A DNA stretch of 51,663 nt from a virus. Below are positions 50,080-51,663 of this stretch, in pieces (position 1 is the stretch's first letter; every line of letters starts with the position of its first letter). Under the pieces are notes generated by a model. It saw nothing but the letters and a program-made list of their open reading frames with translations. It was not told where the DNA came from and did no database searches. The stretch lies in the IMG/VR virus record IMGVR_UViG_3300045988_097328. One strand, given 5' to 3'. The position numbers and the translations under genes are program-made.

Positions 50080-50374
50080 AATTATGAGCAAAAACAAGCA
50101 AGCCGTTAGAACGCGAAATAGGCGGCATTTCTGGCAATGACAAAGAAACAAAAACATATAGAAATAAAAAAATGAGAGTTATGAGAGTAATTTCCGTGCT
50201 ATAATGTAAAATGTAAAAGCAGCAAAAAAGACGTGAGCAGTGATGCAAGCGCCTTTTTTGTTGGAAGAGGCGACTATGGAAGTGCCGCTCTTACCTCTTC
50301 GGCGGCGGGAGTTATGCGCGAGTGCGCTTTGTTGCGTTGGTGGGGACGCGACGGAAGAAGAGGAGGGAAAACCA

Positions 50375-51663
50375 TTGCTTGAATGGAACGGCATCAAAAT
50401 CGTCGAAACGGATTGTATGCTGCCGGTTGACCGCGTAAAACCCTACGCGAGAAACGCAAAGCGGCATCCGCAGGAGCAAATCGACGAAATCAAGGCAAGC
50501 ATCAAGCGGTTCGGCATGGACGACCCCATCGGCATCTGGGGCAAGGAAAACCTGATTGTCGAGGGTCACGGGCGGCTGGAAGCGTGCAAGCAGCTCGGCA
50601 TCCCGACAGTGCCGTGCATCAGGCTCGACCACCTTACGAAGGAAGAGCGCAAGGCGTACACTCTGGCGCACAACAAAACCAACATGGACAGCGGCTGGGA
50701 CTTTACGGCGCTTGACCAAGAGCTGGCGGAAATCGTTAATATTGACATGAGCGAATTCGGCTTCGGAGCCTCCCTTCCTGAAGAAGAAATCTGGCAAGCA
50801 AACGAAAACAGCATATCATTGACTGACAAATATACATTCGCGCCATTTTCTGTCCTTGATGGCAGGAGTGGAGAATGGCAGAAACGGAAAAATCAATGGC
50901 ATTCCGTTATTGGCGACAGCAGGGAAGGACGAGCTGATTCGCTAATTGGCAGTCTCGGTTCTCTTGCAAAGGCGCAAGGGCATAAATACAGCGGGACAAG
51001 TGAGTTTGACCCGGTTCTCTGCGAGATTTTGGTAAAATGGTTCTGCCCCCCCAATGGGAAAATCGTTGACCCGTTTGCTGGCGGAAACGTTCGCGGCGTA
51101 ATTTCCGCAATCCTCGGCAACGAGTATCACGGAGTAGATATTCGCCCGGAGCAGATTGCAGAAAATGAATCGTCTCTACAAAAAATCCGTGCAGATTACG
51201 CACAAGCGCCGAAGTGGCATTGCGGCGACAGCGCGAATATTGACGCGATGCTCGAAAAAGAAGCACCGTTTGATTTTTTGTTGATGTGTCCGCCGTATGG
51301 AGACTTAGAAAAGTACAGCGACAATCCAAAAGACCTATCAACGATGAAGTACGAGGATTTCATCGCTGCGTATAGAGACATAATCGAAAAGACGGCAGCG
51401 CTTCTTTCGGAAAACGCGTTTTGCGCCGTAGTTGTATCCGACATACGCGACAGAAAGGGAATGTATCGCGGATTCACTTCTGAAACAATCAAGGCATTTG
51501 CAGACTGCAACGTAAAACTATATAACGATATGGTAAAACTAGACACGACTTGCGGGGCTGCTGTTCGCGTCGAAAAACAATTCCGCGATATGCGCAAAGT
51601 CGTGCGTGTCCATCAAAACGTTCTTGTTTTCGTAAAGGGCGACCCTCGTAAAATCAAAAAAGG
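50375..51663 (+). CDS. ParB-like nuclease domain fused to a SAM-dependent DNA methyltransferase (continues at 1-180; 449 aa from TTG 50375)
   Basis: ORF absent from the track because it runs off the window; GAGGAGGG 7 nt before TTG 50375 (in-frame ATG at 50276 is an alternative); ParB box KPYARNAKRHP...LIVEGHGRLEA; motif I VDPFAGGNVRG; motif IV LLMCPPYGD. Confidence 0.8.
   Translation, partial: MLEWNGIKIVETDCMLPVDRVKPYARNAKRHPQEQIDEIKASIKRFGMDDPIGIWGKENLIVEGHGRLEACKQLGIPTVPCIRLDHLTKEERKAYTLAHNKTNMDSGWDFTALDQELAEIVNIDMSEFGFGASLPEEEIWQANENSISLTDKYTFAPFSVLDGRSGEWQKRKNQWHSVIGDSREGRADSLIGSLGSLAKAQGHKYSGTSEFDPVLCEILVKWFCPPNGKIVDPFAGGNVRGVISAILGNEYHGVDIRPEQIAENESSLQKIRADYAQAPKWHCGDSANIDAMLEKEAPFDFLLMCPPYGDLEKYSDNPKDLSTMKYEDFIAAYRDIIEKTAALLSENAFCAVVVSDIRDRKGMYRGFTSETIKAFADCNVKLYNDMVKLDTTCGAAVRVEKQFRDMRKVVRVHQNVLVFVKGDPRKIKK
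51545..51663. repeat. second copy of the terminal direct repeat
   Basis: identical to 1-119. Confidence 0.95.

Noticed and set aside
1-51663. tRNA, tmRNA or rRNA genes
   Set aside because: Scanning the intergenic regions by eye, I saw no cloverleaf-like segment with a GTTCxAxxC T-arm signature. A tRNAscan-SE/ARAGORN run would be needed to exclude them formally.

Overview
The window is a complete, circularly closed genome of a temperate siphovirus-like dsDNA phage or prophage. Bases 1-119 are identical to 51545-51663, so the unique length is 51,544 bp. Gene content looks Gram-positive and Clostridia-like; I did not compute GC or run any database search. Going round the circle:

- **50375 -> 180:** a ParB-domain DNA methyltransferase that wraps the contig junction, followed by a PLD/HKD nuclease and a DUF4417 protein.
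- **2283-9334:** packaging and head genes (TerS, TerL, portal, Mu-F/gp7-like protein, scaffold, major capsid with a C-terminal extension).
- **9351-20018:** connector and tail genes. These include a -1 frameshifted tail chaperone and a tape-measure gene interrupted by an ORF-less group I intron (12510-12777).
- **20087-21460:** lysis genes (NlpC/P60-SH3 endolysin, holin).
- **21841-24797:** leftward accessory operons.
- **24904-28049:** a rightward seven-gene island of odd low-complexity, Cys-rich proteins.
- **28282-29352:** tyrosine integrase.
- **about 29660-30780:** an ORF-poor, repeat- and hairpin-rich island.
- **30947-35643:** an immunity region with about ten XRE/RHH regulators arranged as three stacked divergent switches, one of them decayed.
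- **35681-48006:** early, recombination and replication genes (Gam-like, ERF, SSB, DnaD-like, DnaB, VRR-NUC, Lar-like proteins, a four-member paralogous domain family).
- **48074-50007:** two more accessory cassettes.

The most notable observations are:

- the tape-measure intron;
- four copies of a perfect sigma-70 promoter plus conserved 5' leader, heading operons of unknown proteins that usually end in an RHH/HTH gene (an anti-defence Acr/Aca-like architecture);
- a promoter-to-terminator small RNA candidate;
- the structured non-coding island beside the integrase.

All functional calls come from reading motifs and synteny by eye. None has been checked against a database.
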